Positions 13,435 to 22,424 of a stretch of DNA of 64,000 nt are shown piece by piece. Made by a program: the position numbers and the translations under genes. The notes beneath the pieces are model-generated. The model was given only the letters and a program-made list of their open reading frames with translations. It did no database searches and was not told where the DNA came from. Position 1 is the stretch's first letter. Each line of letters begins with the position of its first letter. Source of the stretch: an uncultured Bacteriovoracaceae bacterium (GTDB lineage Bacteria; Desulfobacterota; Desulfomonilia; UBA1062); contig CAZRIV010000008.1 of NCBI GenBank assembly GCA_964600235.1, positions 7,683 through 71,682 of the forward strand, given 5' to 3'.

Positions 13435-14445
13435 TACGCAGCCTCCGTAGAAGCGCGACGGCCCGTCCAGTACGTCCCACCCGCACTCTGCAAAGAGGTT
13501 CCGACAGCTGGCCACGGTCTCTCCCCTGCCCTCCTCGGTCTTTTCCCGTACATCCCGGGGGTTGGCACCCACTTCTGCCCAGAACAGGTTGGCACCGGCA
13601 ACCCCTCCCAGCGTGCAGGGCTCGTGGGTGCAGTTGCCGGGCACGGTCCTGGGCATACACAGCCTCGTGATGGCCACGATCTGGGCCATACGGAGCTCGG
13701 TGATGGTGCCGAGCCTTGCCATCTCGGTGCCCGGGATGGGGATGCGCCTGGCCGCCCCGCTGTAGGCAGGGTTTACGGACGCTGTGTACAGAATCAGGTC
13801 TGCGAGCTCTTCATTGGTATGCTCGGGGCCCACCGGCTCCACGCAGGTGCCCACCACCAGGCCCGCCTCCTGGAAGTTGCGGATGCTCTCCCTGCGCTTT
13901 TCCGGGGACAGCTTCGAGTCGATGCCCTCCCGCAGGCGTAAGGCGTGGTACACCCCGGTGATGCCGGCATCCTTCATCCGCCTTGCAGCCTCGTACGTCT
14001 GGTCTCCCACGTTGGCGATAAGGATGGTCTCTTCCCTGAGGTTTTTCCCGATCTCCCGGGACATGTCCAGGAACAGCTCGAAGGGATACTTGGCAGTGGT
14101 CATGACGAACACGGCGTTGGCGCCGTCGTACTCGAACTGCCGCGCATAGGCCACGGCCTGCTCCGCTGTAAGCCGGGTCTCTTCCTGAAAGACATTGTTC
14201 ACGCGGGCAAAGGAGCAGAACCTGCAGTCACCCGGACAGGGCGCCAGGTTGAGCGCCAGCTGGGCGTGCACCTCGGCCTGGTTGCCGGTGAGCTCCTGGG
14301 AGATGCGCCTTGCCTCGGCCATGACGAGGTACGATTCCGGGGAGTCAGGCCGCAGGCCCAGGAGGTCGATGAGATCCTGCCTGGATGGCGGCACGTGGTC
14401 TTTGCTTTTTTCGATCAGGTCGTGAATGTTCATGGATATCCTCAT
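13432..14445 (-). CDS. Radical SAM protein (BioB/HydE/ThiH-like, CxxxCxxC)
   Basis: The CPGDCRFCSF motif sits ~65 aa from the N-terminus. A TIM-barrel-length protein (337 aa) with additional C-terminal Cys residues. Function cannot be assigned from sequence. Confidence 0.85.
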   Translation of the reverse strand: MRISMNIHDLIEKSKDHVPPSRQDLIDLLGLRPDSPESYLVMAEARRISQELTGNQAEVHAQLALNLAPCPGDCRFCSFARVNNVFQEETRLTAEQAVAYARQFEYDGANAVFVMTTAKYPFELFLDMSREIGKNLREETILIANVGDQTYEAARRMKDAGITGVYHALRLREGIDSKLSPEKRRESIRNFQEAGLVVGTCVEPVGPEHTNEELADLILYTASVNPAYSGAARRIPIPGTEMARLGTITELRMAQIVAITRLCMPRTVPGNCTHEPCTLGGVAGANLFWAEVGANPRDVREKTEEGRGETVASCRNLFAECGWDVLDGPSRFYGGCV

Positions 14446-14516
14446 ACCAATCAGCAGATGACTCCATACATATCAAGTTTCAGATCCCGTGCAAGGTCTT
14501 TTCTCATAGACGGTAA

Positions 14517-14840
14517 TCACAGGGGGTCAGTGCCCTGGTATTTTTTCCGGTACATCCGGTACGCAGCAGGGATGAACAAGACCACCACGATGAGCGCCGC
14601 ATCCACCGTGCTCAGCCCCCGAATGGCGTTCTACATGAAGTCCGCATGGCCAGGAACGTCCCCCAGGCTGACCTGCACGCCCAGGGTTAGCAAAAGCGGG
14701 GCGATCCCGAATTCCATGGAAAGACCGCAGCGCTTCTCCTCCTTCATCCTGTCCGCGTCGATACCGGTCAGGGACCTCACGAGGCTCGTCTTGCAGTGAT
14801 CAACATGGCCGGAAACGCCTATGGTAACGATCCGTGACAT
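14517..14840 (-). pseudogene. selB: selB (selenocysteine-specific elongation factor) N-terminal remnant, degraded
   Basis: MSRIVTIGVSGHVDHCKTSLVRSLTGIDADRMKEEKRCGLSMEFGIA...DVPGHADFM[TAG]NAIRGLSTVDAALIVVV then divergence and TGA. It matches the SelB G-domain (GHVDHGKT, TGxDxDRLxEEKxRGISIELGFA, DxPGHExFIxNM, LVVAADEG). It has P-loop G->C, an in-frame TAG, and is cut to ~108 codons where SelB is ~630 aa. Confidence 0.6.
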
Positions 14841-14916
14841 GCTTTATGAATCAATCAGTCCTTCTGCGCTCCACCCATATGAGGTTCTTCGTGGGACCTG
14901 TCCATTCTCTGCACAA

Positions 14917-15008
14917 TGGAAGGGGCAAGGGGAATCGAACCTCCTCCCCGTGTGTTAGCCAGGGCTGACAGATTTGAAGTCCGCGGGGTGCCCAGCATAG
15001 TTGCCCCT
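14917..15008 (-). tRNA. selC: tRNA-Sec (selC), anticodon UCA, 92 nt including encoded CCA
   Basis: The minus-strand sequence AGGGGCAA...GCGGACTTCAAATCTGT...GGTTCGATTCC...TTGCCCCTTCCA has an anticodon loop CUUCAAA identical to E. coli selC. It has a 7-8 bp acceptor stem (AGGGGCAA/TTGCCCCT), a T-loop TTCGATT, a ~23-nt variable arm, discriminator U and CCA. It lies 76 nt upstream of the selB remnant. Confidence 0.75.
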
Positions 15009-15105
15009 GTTCTGTTCGCGGATAGAACGCTCTTACGGATTTTCTTCCAAACACTGATCTTGCTCCAGACAGCTGAAACGGTTGTCCTCTCGAGCCTGAT
15101 CATTA

Positions 15106-16383
15106 TTATTTGAGCATCTCAACGAAGGCCTCGACCCGGGTCCTGAGCTGGCCCACGTCCTCCATGCTGTAGTCTGTCTCGATCCGCAGGGTGGGTATGC
15201 TGTTCTTCTTGAGCTCCTCGGCCACCGGGATGGACTCCATCAGATAGGGCTGGCAGAACTGGAGTCCGTAGTGGATGACCCCATCGGCCTTGTATGTCTT
15301 AACCATCTCTTCCACATGCTTCAACCGGTCAGGGTTCGGGGTGAAGATGGCGCAGTCCACCTGGAAGTAGCGCTCCACGATGGCGTCCATCAATCCATCT
15401 ACCGTACCGGCCGAGCCGTCCACCAGGTTGCGGGTCCCCCGTTCGCCCACACAGGACTCCTCGCCCACGATGACCGCGCCCGAGGTCTCCACGATCCAGG
15501 GCAGCTTCCAGTTCGGCACGGCCATGGGGCAGCCGGAGATGAGGATACGAGGTGTACCTGCGGGGAACACACCCTGCTTCTGCGCGATGCGCATCTCCAG
15601 CTCATCGCAGATCTTGTTCACGGAGTCCGTGAACCTCCTGGGATTGTCGTAGAAATAGACCTGGTTGGCCAACAGGGCGTCAACACCCGATATGGGCGCC
15701 GGGTCCGCCTGGCGAAGCCTGGACAGCCGATGAATGGCCCTGCGCTTGTTGTTCACGGTTTCGATGGCCTCCTTGAGGCCCAGGGCGTCAATGGTCACAC
15801 CGGTGAGCTTCTCAAGGGCCTCTTTAAACTTCAGGTACTCGGCCTTGAGCAATAACCGCCCCTGGGCTGATTTCATCTGGGGAAGGTCCATCACATAGAG
15901 ATTTGACACCAGGGGGCCAAGGGACTCGTAGGCCTTCTTCTTGCCGTCGCAGGTGTTCTCACCCACGATCATGTCCGAGGCCTCCAGATAGGGGCAGACC
16001 TTGCCCAGCTTGAACCCGAAGCTGGACTTGATGAGCGCGCAGGTGTTTCGTGGCAGGAGCTTCTCCACCTCTTCCAATGCGAAGTCTGCGCCCGAGCACA
16101 GCCCCACCAGGGTAGCGTTCGCCGCCAGGACGATCTCCTCGGGCACGTACACACAATAGGAGCCGATGATCTTGCGACCTGCCTTCTTCTCGTCCAGGAG
16201 TTCCCTGATCCGCAGACCATGCACCTCACTCATGACGAAATCAAAGTACTGCATACCTTCGGGTCGGTTTTTCTGCGACAGGTGAATGTCCTTATAAAAA
16301 TTCCCCAAAACCCCAAGAAGCGCGTCGTGGGCAGTCAGGTCAAGCCCCAGATCCTTCCACATGCTGCGATAGTCTTCACCCAT
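15106..16383 (-). CDS. 2-hydroxyacyl-CoA dehydratase family protein (HgdB/HadC/BcrB-like subunit), orphan
   Basis: 425-aa protein with conserved Cys ligands for the dehydratase Fe-S cluster and family-typical overall similarity. No partner A-subunit or activator is adjacent. Confidence 0.8.
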   Translation of the reverse strand: MGEDYRSMWKDLGLDLTAHDALLGVLGNFYKDIHLSQKNRPEGMQYFDFVMSEVHGLRIRELLDEKKAGRKIIGSYCVYVPEEIVLAANATLVGLCSGADFALEEVEKLLPRNTCALIKSSFGFKLGKVCPYLEASDMIVGENTCDGKKKAYESLGPLVSNLYVMDLPQMKSAQGRLLLKAEYLKFKEALEKLTGVTIDALGLKEAIETVNNKRRAIHRLSRLRQADPAPISGVDALLANQVYFYDNPRRFTDSVNKICDELEMRIAQKQGVFPAGTPRILISGCPMAVPNWKLPWIVETSGAVIVGEESCVGERGTRNLVDGSAGTVDGLMDAIVERYFQVDCAIFTPNPDRLKHVEEMVKTYKADGVIHYGLQFCQPYLMESIPVAEELKKNSIPTLRIETDYSMEDVGQLRTRVEAFVEMLK

Positions 16384-16713
16384 GATGTTCCCTCTCTCTT
16401 CAGGTCAGATTGAATTGTTATTCAGTTGCATACGGCATCATATGGGCATGCTTAAATGAATAAATCAAATTCTAATATTGAATGGTTCCTGCATGATTAT
16501 TCAATGATAGCATTATGATACACGACGACAAAAAACCACTTTGAAAAGACTATTTATCGGAACACCGATGTTGATGCTCATGTTTCAGTTTCATGCACAA
16601 ACATATACCACGAATGTCGTAACAATATCTTTACTGTCTTGATTTATAAGACCCCTGAATTATCTTTCTGAAAAAGGGATATCTTATCCCGATTAAAGGG
16701 AAAGGAGTAAGTC

Positions 16714-16923
16714 ATGAAATATGGGGCACGCAACACCATCAAGGCAAAAGTTAAATCCGTGAAAAAGGGCGATGTCATGTCCCTGGTGAAGTTCGAGGCC
16801 ATCAGCGCTGCTGAGATGGCGTCAGTCCTCACCACCGAATCGGTGGAGGGCATGGAACTGAAAGCGGGGGATGCCGTGCAGCTCATCATAAAGGCCATCC
16901 ACGTTCTGCCGGTCAAAGAATAA
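16714..16923 (+). CDS. mop: Molybdopterin/molybdate-binding TOBE-domain protein (Mop, molbindin)
   Basis: 69-aa single TOBE domain (SARNTIKAKV..., here GARNTIKAKVKSVKKGDVMSLVKFE). RBS AAAGGAAAGGAG. Confidence 0.85.
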   Translation: MKYGARNTIKAKVKSVKKGDVMSLVKFEAISAAEMASVLTTESVEGMELKAGDAVQLIIKAIHVLPVKE

Positions 16924-17095
16924 CTAACCTGACAGCGTTTGGAAGGTGCATCCCGCACAGGGTTTGAGCCTGGTTTCGTCTATGAGCGTCCTTGGGAAGT
17001 ACGCCGGTTTTCGTTGTATCGATTTTGAAGATCCTCTCTGCCGAGCGCACACCCATGCTGTGTTCGCCTGCCAGGCCTCTTTTCGTACGCACTGT

Positions 17096-17584
17096 TCATG
17101 AACGGAGCGTAGCAATCAGACGTTTCGGATTTCGAAGCAGATCCAGGGCATCGAGAATGTCGGAGGCTACTATGTCGGCACTTGCCAGTGTAACCGCAGA
17201 TGCCCCTTCCTTTTGAATCAGCGCAATACCGATAGCAGCTTCACTCAGCATTTTCCTGTCATTGAGCCCATTGCCGATGGCGACAACGGTTTCTACCCCG
17301 AGCTGAGATATGAAATCAAACTTTGCTTGAGCCTGGGACTCAACCGGGATAACGGTAAGTTGCACAGGTAATCCGTGAAGCTGGTTTGCCGCCAGGCCGA
17401 ACGTGTCAGCCGTGATTACATGTATCCGGATGACGGTCGAAAGCGCAGCAAGTGCGTCACACACACCGGGAAGCAGTTTTCCGTCCACTGCAAGGGTACC
17501 GTTGAAGTCGCATACAACGTGTTCTATATGAACATTGCCAAAGCCTGGTATATTGACGTCTATCATACTGGTCTCATGAAGCAC
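17096..17584 (-). CDS. HAD-superfamily hydrolase (soluble P-type-ATPase-like HAD domain)
   Basis: Motif I VCDFNGTL. The C-terminal AIGNGLNDRKMLSEAAIGIAL...ADIV resembles the hinge/HAD motif III of P-type ATPases. 11-nt overlap with nifS. Confidence 0.8.
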   Translation of the reverse strand: MLHETSMIDVNIPGFGNVHIEHVVCDFNGTLAVDGKLLPGVCDALAALSTVIRIHVITADTFGLAANQLHGLPVQLTVIPVESQAQAKFDFISQLGVETVVAIGNGLNDRKMLSEAAIGIALIQKEGASAVTLASADIVASDILDALDLLRNPKRLIATLRS

Positions 17585-18719
17585 TACGCAGTCTGATCGC
17601 TGCCGAGGCCACTACATCGACGGCCCGATCGATCTGGGCAACGGTGGTCATCCGGCCAATGGAAAATCGCAAGGTCCCCTTAGCCCATTCGATCGGCACC
17701 TGCATGGCCTCAAGCACATGGGAGACGGTAACAGTGCCGGCATGGCAGGCGGCTCCGGCCGAGGCGGCGACTTCAAGCCCGATCTCCTCCAGCAGGCGAT
17801 TGGACTCGATCCCACTGAATGACAGGTTGAGGGTGTTGGGCAGCCGGTGTTCGGGGTGGCCGTTGAGCCGCACATCTGCCACCCGTGAGGAAATACCCTT
17901 ATGCAGCCTTTCGCGCAGGTCCCTCATGCGGACCATGCTGCCGGACAGTTCTCTTGCCGCTATCTCGCAGGCCTTGCCCAGGCCCACAATCCCAGCCACG
18001 TTCTCCGTACCTGCCCTCCATCCCTTCTCCTGCCCGGCGCCGTGGCAGAACTTCTCAGGCGCAAGGCCTTTCCGTACATAAAGTGCCCCCACGCCCTTGG
18101 GCGCATACAGCTTGTGGCCGGCAACGGAGAGAAGATCAACACCGAGGGTCGACACATCGGCCGGGATCTTACCAATCGACTGGGCGGCGTCGGTGTGCAT
18201 GGCAATGCCGCGCGCCCTGGCCAGTTCGGCAACAGCCGCTATGGGTTGCACCGTACCCACCTCATTGTTTGCATGCATGACCGTAATCAGGATGGTGTCG
18301 GGGCGCAGGGCCTGTTGCACCTGCGCGGGTTCGAGCATGCCCTGGGCGTCCACGGCCACCTTTGTGGTTTCAAATCCTTCACCTTCAAGGTGCCTGCATA
18401 CTTCCAATACTGCCGGGTGCTCAATGGCGCTCGTGACGATGTGTCTGCCTTTGAGCTTGAGCGCCCGGGCCATACCCTTTATCGCATGGTTGTTGGATTC
18501 GGTTCCTCCGGAAGTAAAGAAGACCTCTTCGGGCAGACAGCCGAGCAGACCGGCCACCTGCCGCCGCGCTGACTCCACGGCCTGCTTCGGCATGATGCCA
18601 TACCAGTGGGAACTGGACGGGTTGCCGAACTCCTCCTCCAGAAAGAGCCGCATGGCGGCAAGCACTCCGGGGTCGAGGGGTGTTGTACCGTTGTAATCAA
18701 GGTAGATAGGCCTGGTCAC
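17574..18719 (-). CDS. nifS: Cysteine desulfurase (NifS/IscS-type class V aminotransferase)
   Basis: N-terminus IYLDYNGTTPLDP, PLP Lys region ...SVAGHKLYAPKGVGALYVRKG, and an active-site Cys loop. Confidence 0.9.
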   Translation of the reverse strand: MTRPIYLDYNGTTPLDPGVLAAMRLFLEEEFGNPSSSHWYGIMPKQAVESARRQVAGLLGCLPEEVFFTSGGTESNNHAIKGMARALKLKGRHIVTSAIEHPAVLEVCRHLEGEGFETTKVAVDAQGMLEPAQVQQALRPDTILITVMHANNEVGTVQPIAAVAELARARGIAMHTDAAQSIGKIPADVSTLGVDLLSVAGHKLYAPKGVGALYVRKGLAPEKFCHGAGQEKGWRAGTENVAGIVGLGKACEIAARELSGSMVRMRDLRERLHKGISSRVADVRLNGHPEHRLPNTLNLSFSGIESNRLLEEIGLEVAASAGAACHAGTVTVSHVLEAMQVPIEWAKGTLRFSIGRMTTVAQIDRAVDVVASAAIRLRSAS

Positions 18720-18812
18720 ATAACCTCCGGGTAATCGAAATAATCATACTTGAGCCTGTCCAAACCGACTTTCTCCACTCTTGTCATTTCTCATTCGAAA
18801 TCAATAGCCAAG

Positions 18813-19568
18813 TCAGAAGAACTCCTCTATGAGCTCTTCCAGAAGGCCCGGGTTATGAAAATCCCTGTGTTCAAGGCTTCTCACAATCCTCCCTTCAGAG
18901 AGAATGATCACCCTGTCCGCAATCAACTTCACCTGTCTGATGCTGTGGGACACGGCAAGGATTGTATAATGTTCTTTTAGTTTTACAAGGAGTTCCTCGA
19001 TCTTTCTCGCCGACCTGACATCGAGAGATGCTGTGGGCTCATCCAACAGCAGGACCTCCGGTGAAAGAGCAAGCGCCCTTGCGAGGCATAGTCGCTGCTG
19101 TTGTCCGCCGGAAAGCGTCAGCGCATTATCATTCAACCGGTCACATACCTCGTCCCAGAGTTCTACCTCCCTGAGTACGTGCTCCATCCGTTGATGCCTT
19201 TCCTTCCGACCCATGGAATGTATAACCCGCAAGGGGGCAAGCAGATTTTTCTGTATGGAAAAAGGAAATACATTGGGTGACTGGAATACCATGCCAACCC
19301 TTCGCCTCAGCTCGTTCGGCGTCAGGCCATCATAGACTTCCACGGCTGCGTCTGAGAAGAAAATCTTCATGGATCCGGCTGCCGAGCACCCGGTAAACTC
19401 TTCATTGAGCCGGTTGACGGCCCTGAGCAAAGTGGTCTTGCCGGATCCGGAGGGGCCGATGATCATGGTGATGGAGTGTTTGGGGACATCCATGCTGATG
19501 TTCTCAAGGATCGTCCTACCTGAAAAGCCCACGCTCAGGTTCGTCATGGTTATGGCGGTTTCCTGCAT
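18813..19568 (-). CDS. pstB: Phosphate ABC transporter ATP-binding protein PstB
   Basis: Walker A GPSGSGKTT, signature LSGGQQQRLCLARALA and a PstB-type C-terminus. The probable start is the internal MQETAITM, since the ORF's N-terminal 33 aa overlap pstA. Confidence 0.85.
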   Translation of the reverse strand: MQETAITMTNLSVGFSGRTILENISMDVPKHSITMIIGPSGSGKTTLLRAVNRLNEEFTGCSAAGSMKIFFSDAAVEVYDGLTPNELRRRVGMVFQSPNVFPFSIQKNLLAPLRVIHSMGRKERHQRMEHVLREVELWDEVCDRLNDNALTLSGGQQQRLCLARALALSPEVLLLDEPTASLDVRSARKIEELLVKLKEHYTILAVSHSIRQVKLIADRVIILSEGRIVRSLEHRDFHNPGLLEELIEEFF

Positions 19569-19570
19569 CT

Positions 19571-20473
19571 TCACTCCCCACGGTGCCAGTAACGTTTCAG
19601 ATTCTTCTGGATGTAATAGGATATGAGAAAGAGCGTTCCAGTAAGGACAAGCAGAACGAGTGCACATCCAAAGGCCTTCTGCAGTTCGAAATCATCCCTG
19701 TGCTCTGCAGTCAGGTAAAATATTGTGAACGGAAGGGCCTCGAACTTGTCGGACAATGCCCGTGGAATACCCGCATTGGCCACTACACCGGTAAGCATGA
19801 TGACCGCCGTGTCTTCCGCTGCGCGGCCTATTGCCAGGACAATACCGCTGAAAATCGCAATGCTCGAAGCGGGCAGCAGGACATGCAAAATATTCTGCCA
19901 GCGGGTATATCCCAGCGAAGGCCCCAACAGCCGCACACTGTCCGGCAGGCTTTCAAGGGCGACCTGGGTCATCCGGATCAGGTACGGGAGGATGAGCAGG
20001 GCGATGCACACCGAAGACAGCATGATCGACGTGTTGGCATGGTTGAACAGGGTTCTCCGCATAAGGAGGATCAGGGCAAAGCCGAACAGCCCCATGACGA
20101 TGGAAGGCATGCCGGAGAGCAGATCCACCATGAAACTGAAGACCGATTTTAAAAAACCATGTGCATATTCAGCCAGGTATATGCCGCAGCATATCCCGAG
20201 GGGAATGGCGATGATGGATGAACACACAATAAGGATGAATGTCCCTGCCATGGCCGGATAGATGCCTTCAAAGACCGGCTCTGTTCCGACTATGGCAGCC
20301 ATCCACGGGGTGTCGCCGAAGAACAGCGTATGGCTCATGGCAGGCCATCCCCTCACGAACAGGTACACCATGAGCACACCCACGGACACCACGACGAGGC
20401 CGGAGGCAAGCCAGGAAAACACGCTGAATGCCCTTTCAGGACGCACTGCCATTGCGTTTCTTTCCCTTTCCAA
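19571..20473 (-). CDS. pstA: Phosphate ABC transporter permease PstA
   Basis: 6-TM ABC permease with an EAA-like loop, in the order pstS-pstC-pstA-pstB. The start may be the internal MAVRPERAF. Confidence 0.85.
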   Translation of the reverse strand: MERERNAMAVRPERAFSVFSWLASGLVVVSVGVLMVYLFVRGWPAMSHTLFFGDTPWMAAIVGTEPVFEGIYPAMAGTFILIVCSSIIAIPLGICCGIYLAEYAHGFLKSVFSFMVDLLSGMPSIVMGLFGFALILLMRRTLFNHANTSIMLSSVCIALLILPYLIRMTQVALESLPDSVRLLGPSLGYTRWQNILHVLLPASSIAIFSGIVLAIGRAAEDTAVIMLTGVVANAGIPRALSDKFEALPFTIFYLTAEHRDDFELQKAFGCALVLLVLTGTLFLISYYIQKNLKRYWHRGE

Positions 20474-21314
20474 GAGTGCCGCCGAGGCTGCGGATGACCA
20501 TGGTGAGACATGCCATGATCAGAAAAAGCATGAGCCCCGAGGCAAAGATGGAGTAATACGCCTGGTCCTGCGAGTCGGTGGCCACCACCAGTGCGATGTG
20601 AGCGGTGAGGGCGCGGATTGGGTCAAGCAGCGAATGGGGTATGACCGGGGCATTACCCGCCACCATGAGGGCCACCAAGGTATCGCCCACGGCGCGCCCG
20701 AACCCCAGGACCGCCGCGATGACCAGCCCTTTTGCGGAACAGGGGAGAAGCACCCAGAGCACTTCCTGGACAGGGGTCAACCCCAGGGATCGCGCCGCCA
20801 TGTGGACCTCGAGCGAGCGCTGGCTCATCTGAGCGTTCAGGGATATCACCACGGTGGGCACAATGAGGATTCCGAGGGTTATGGCGGATGCCGCAAGGCA
20901 GAATCCTGTGCCGTGTTCGAAATAGTCACGGAAAAGGGGGACCAGGATAAAGACCGACACGAACCCGTAGATGACCGTGGGAATGCTCGTCATGAAGTAC
21001 ACCAGACCGAGAACGATGCCCCTGACCCTGGCCGGCGCGAGTCCCTGGCTGAAGCAGGCAATGCCCACTGCCATGGGATAGGCAATGCCCAGGGACAGCA
21101 GTGCGAGGCTGAATGTGCCTGCCACCATGGCGAGTATGCCGAACTGGCCCGCGAACGGCTTCCACGTCCAACTGAAGACTGCGGCAAAGCCCCGCGCATC
21201 GAGGAACAGGGGCCATGAAAAATAGACGAGGAAGCCGAAGACCGCTGTGACACACAGCGAGCAGAACAGTGCCGAGGCAAAAAGTGCCCGTTCGACCCAT
21301 TTTTCGATCGTCAT
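20436..21314 (-). CDS. pstC: Phosphate ABC transporter permease PstC
   Basis: 6-TM permease with a conserved PstC core. Confidence 0.85.
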   Translation of the reverse strand: MTIEKWVERALFASALFCSLCVTAVFGFLVYFSWPLFLDARGFAAVFSWTWKPFAGQFGILAMVAGTFSLALLSLGIAYPMAVGIACFSQGLAPARVRGIVLGLVYFMTSIPTVIYGFVSVFILVPLFRDYFEHGTGFCLAASAITLGILIVPTVVISLNAQMSQRSLEVHMAARSLGLTPVQEVLWVLLPCSAKGLVIAAVLGFGRAVGDTLVALMVAGNAPVIPHSLLDPIRALTAHIALVVATDSQDQAYYSIFASGLMLFLIMACLTMVIRSLGGTLGKGKKRNGSAS

Positions 21315-21357
21315 GACGATGCGCTTTCCCCGATGGGTGCGCCTGCACCCATCGGGA

Positions 21358-22191
21358 CTAGTTGGGGATGGGAATGTACCCGCTCTTCTTGACGATCTCG
21401 GAACCGTCGGGCCCTTTGATGTAGTCGATGAAGGCCTTCACGAGCGCGGAGGGCTGCCCCTTGGTGTTCATATACAGGTTTCTCGCCACCTTGTAGGCGC
21501 CTGATTTCGCGTTTTCCTGGGTCGGCTCCATCTTGTCGATGACAACGGCCTTTACATCGCCTCCCACATGCCCGATCCCGAGATAGCCGATGGCCTGGGG
21601 GTCCTGCGCTATTGCGACCTTCATCGCACCGTTGGACGAAACGATATTGATGCCCTGGGCCACGTCGCCCTTGTTGAGCAGCTTCTCCCAGAACACCTCG
21701 CGGGTGCCGCTGGCTTCGTCCCGGCCGAACACATGAATGGCTGCATTCACCCCGCCCACGTCCTTCCAGTTCACGATCTCGCCTGCGTATATCTTCCTTA
21801 TCTGCTGGGAAGAAAGCTCCTTGACGGGGTTCTTCGGGTTTACCGCCACCGCGACACCGTCAATGGCGAAGGGAAACGATACGAGCCCGTACTTGTTCTT
21901 CTCCGCATCACTGAGCGCCCGTCCGGTGTTGCCGATATCCACCAGGCCTTCCCCGACCTTCTGCACGCCCACCCCGGAGCCCCCGCCCGCCACGGTGATC
22001 CTGATGCCGGGGTTGAACTTCATGATATTCTTTGCCGCGTCGTTCATCACCGGGATATGGGCCGTTCCGCCTGCAATATCAATGGTCCCCTTCAGACCGG
22101 TGAACCTGTCCATCTCTGAACCATGAGACGTGCCGGCAATAAGAAAAGCGAACATGCTCATAATGACCGCGACGAGAGATACCCTGTTCAT
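21358..22191 (-). CDS. pstS: Phosphate ABC transporter substrate-binding protein PstS
   Basis: Signal peptide plus a PstS-family fold (GTIDIAGGTAHIPV..., ...ITVAGGGSGVGVQKV...). RBS GGAGGA 6 nt upstream of ATG 22191 (MNRVSL). Confidence 0.85.
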   Translation of the reverse strand: MNRVSLVAVIMSMFAFLIAGTSHGSEMDRFTGLKGTIDIAGGTAHIPVMNDAAKNIMKFNPGIRITVAGGGSGVGVQKVGEGLVDIGNTGRALSDAEKNKYGLVSFPFAIDGVAVAVNPKNPVKELSSQQIRKIYAGEIVNWKDVGGVNAAIHVFGRDEASGTREVFWEKLLNKGDVAQGINIVSSNGAMKVAIAQDPQAIGYLGIGHVGGDVKAVVIDKMEPTQENAKSGAYKVARNLYMNTKGQPSALVKAFIDYIKGPDGSEIVKKSGYIPIPN

Positions 22192-22424
22192 GAATCCTCC
22201 TGCCATGTTTTTGCACACGATAGAATAAATCTCAGCGGTTGAATAATAACATGTCTCTATAGATACAGCTCAATTATTCAAAATAGTTATAAAGAGATAA
22301 TCAGGTCACTCCATTCGAAGTCCCTCGTATGGACGCTGCCTATGGCAAGGCTCATGCGGGGCACACCCCGGTCAGGCTACAGGCTCTTCTTCGAGGTCAA
22401 ATCTGTGGTGAGCATCCGGCCTTG

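Noticed and set aside
11850-13601. 583-aa ORF on the minus strand opposite katA
   Set aside because: Antisense shadow ORF typical of high-GC DNA. The plus-strand product is an unmistakable catalase, and the minus-strand product has low-complexity Arg/Gly/Leu bias and no motifs.
13945-14799. 284-aa plus-strand ORF spanning the radical-SAM gene and the selB remnant
   Set aside because: Antisense to a radical-SAM protein with a CxxxCxxC motif, and crosses an intergenic gap. No motifs.
14835-14837. In-frame TAG inside the selB fragment as possible pyrrolysine
   Set aside because: No pylTSBCD genes or PYLIS context. The gene carries other inactivating changes (P-loop G->C, truncation), so a plain nonsense mutation in a pseudogene is the simpler reading.
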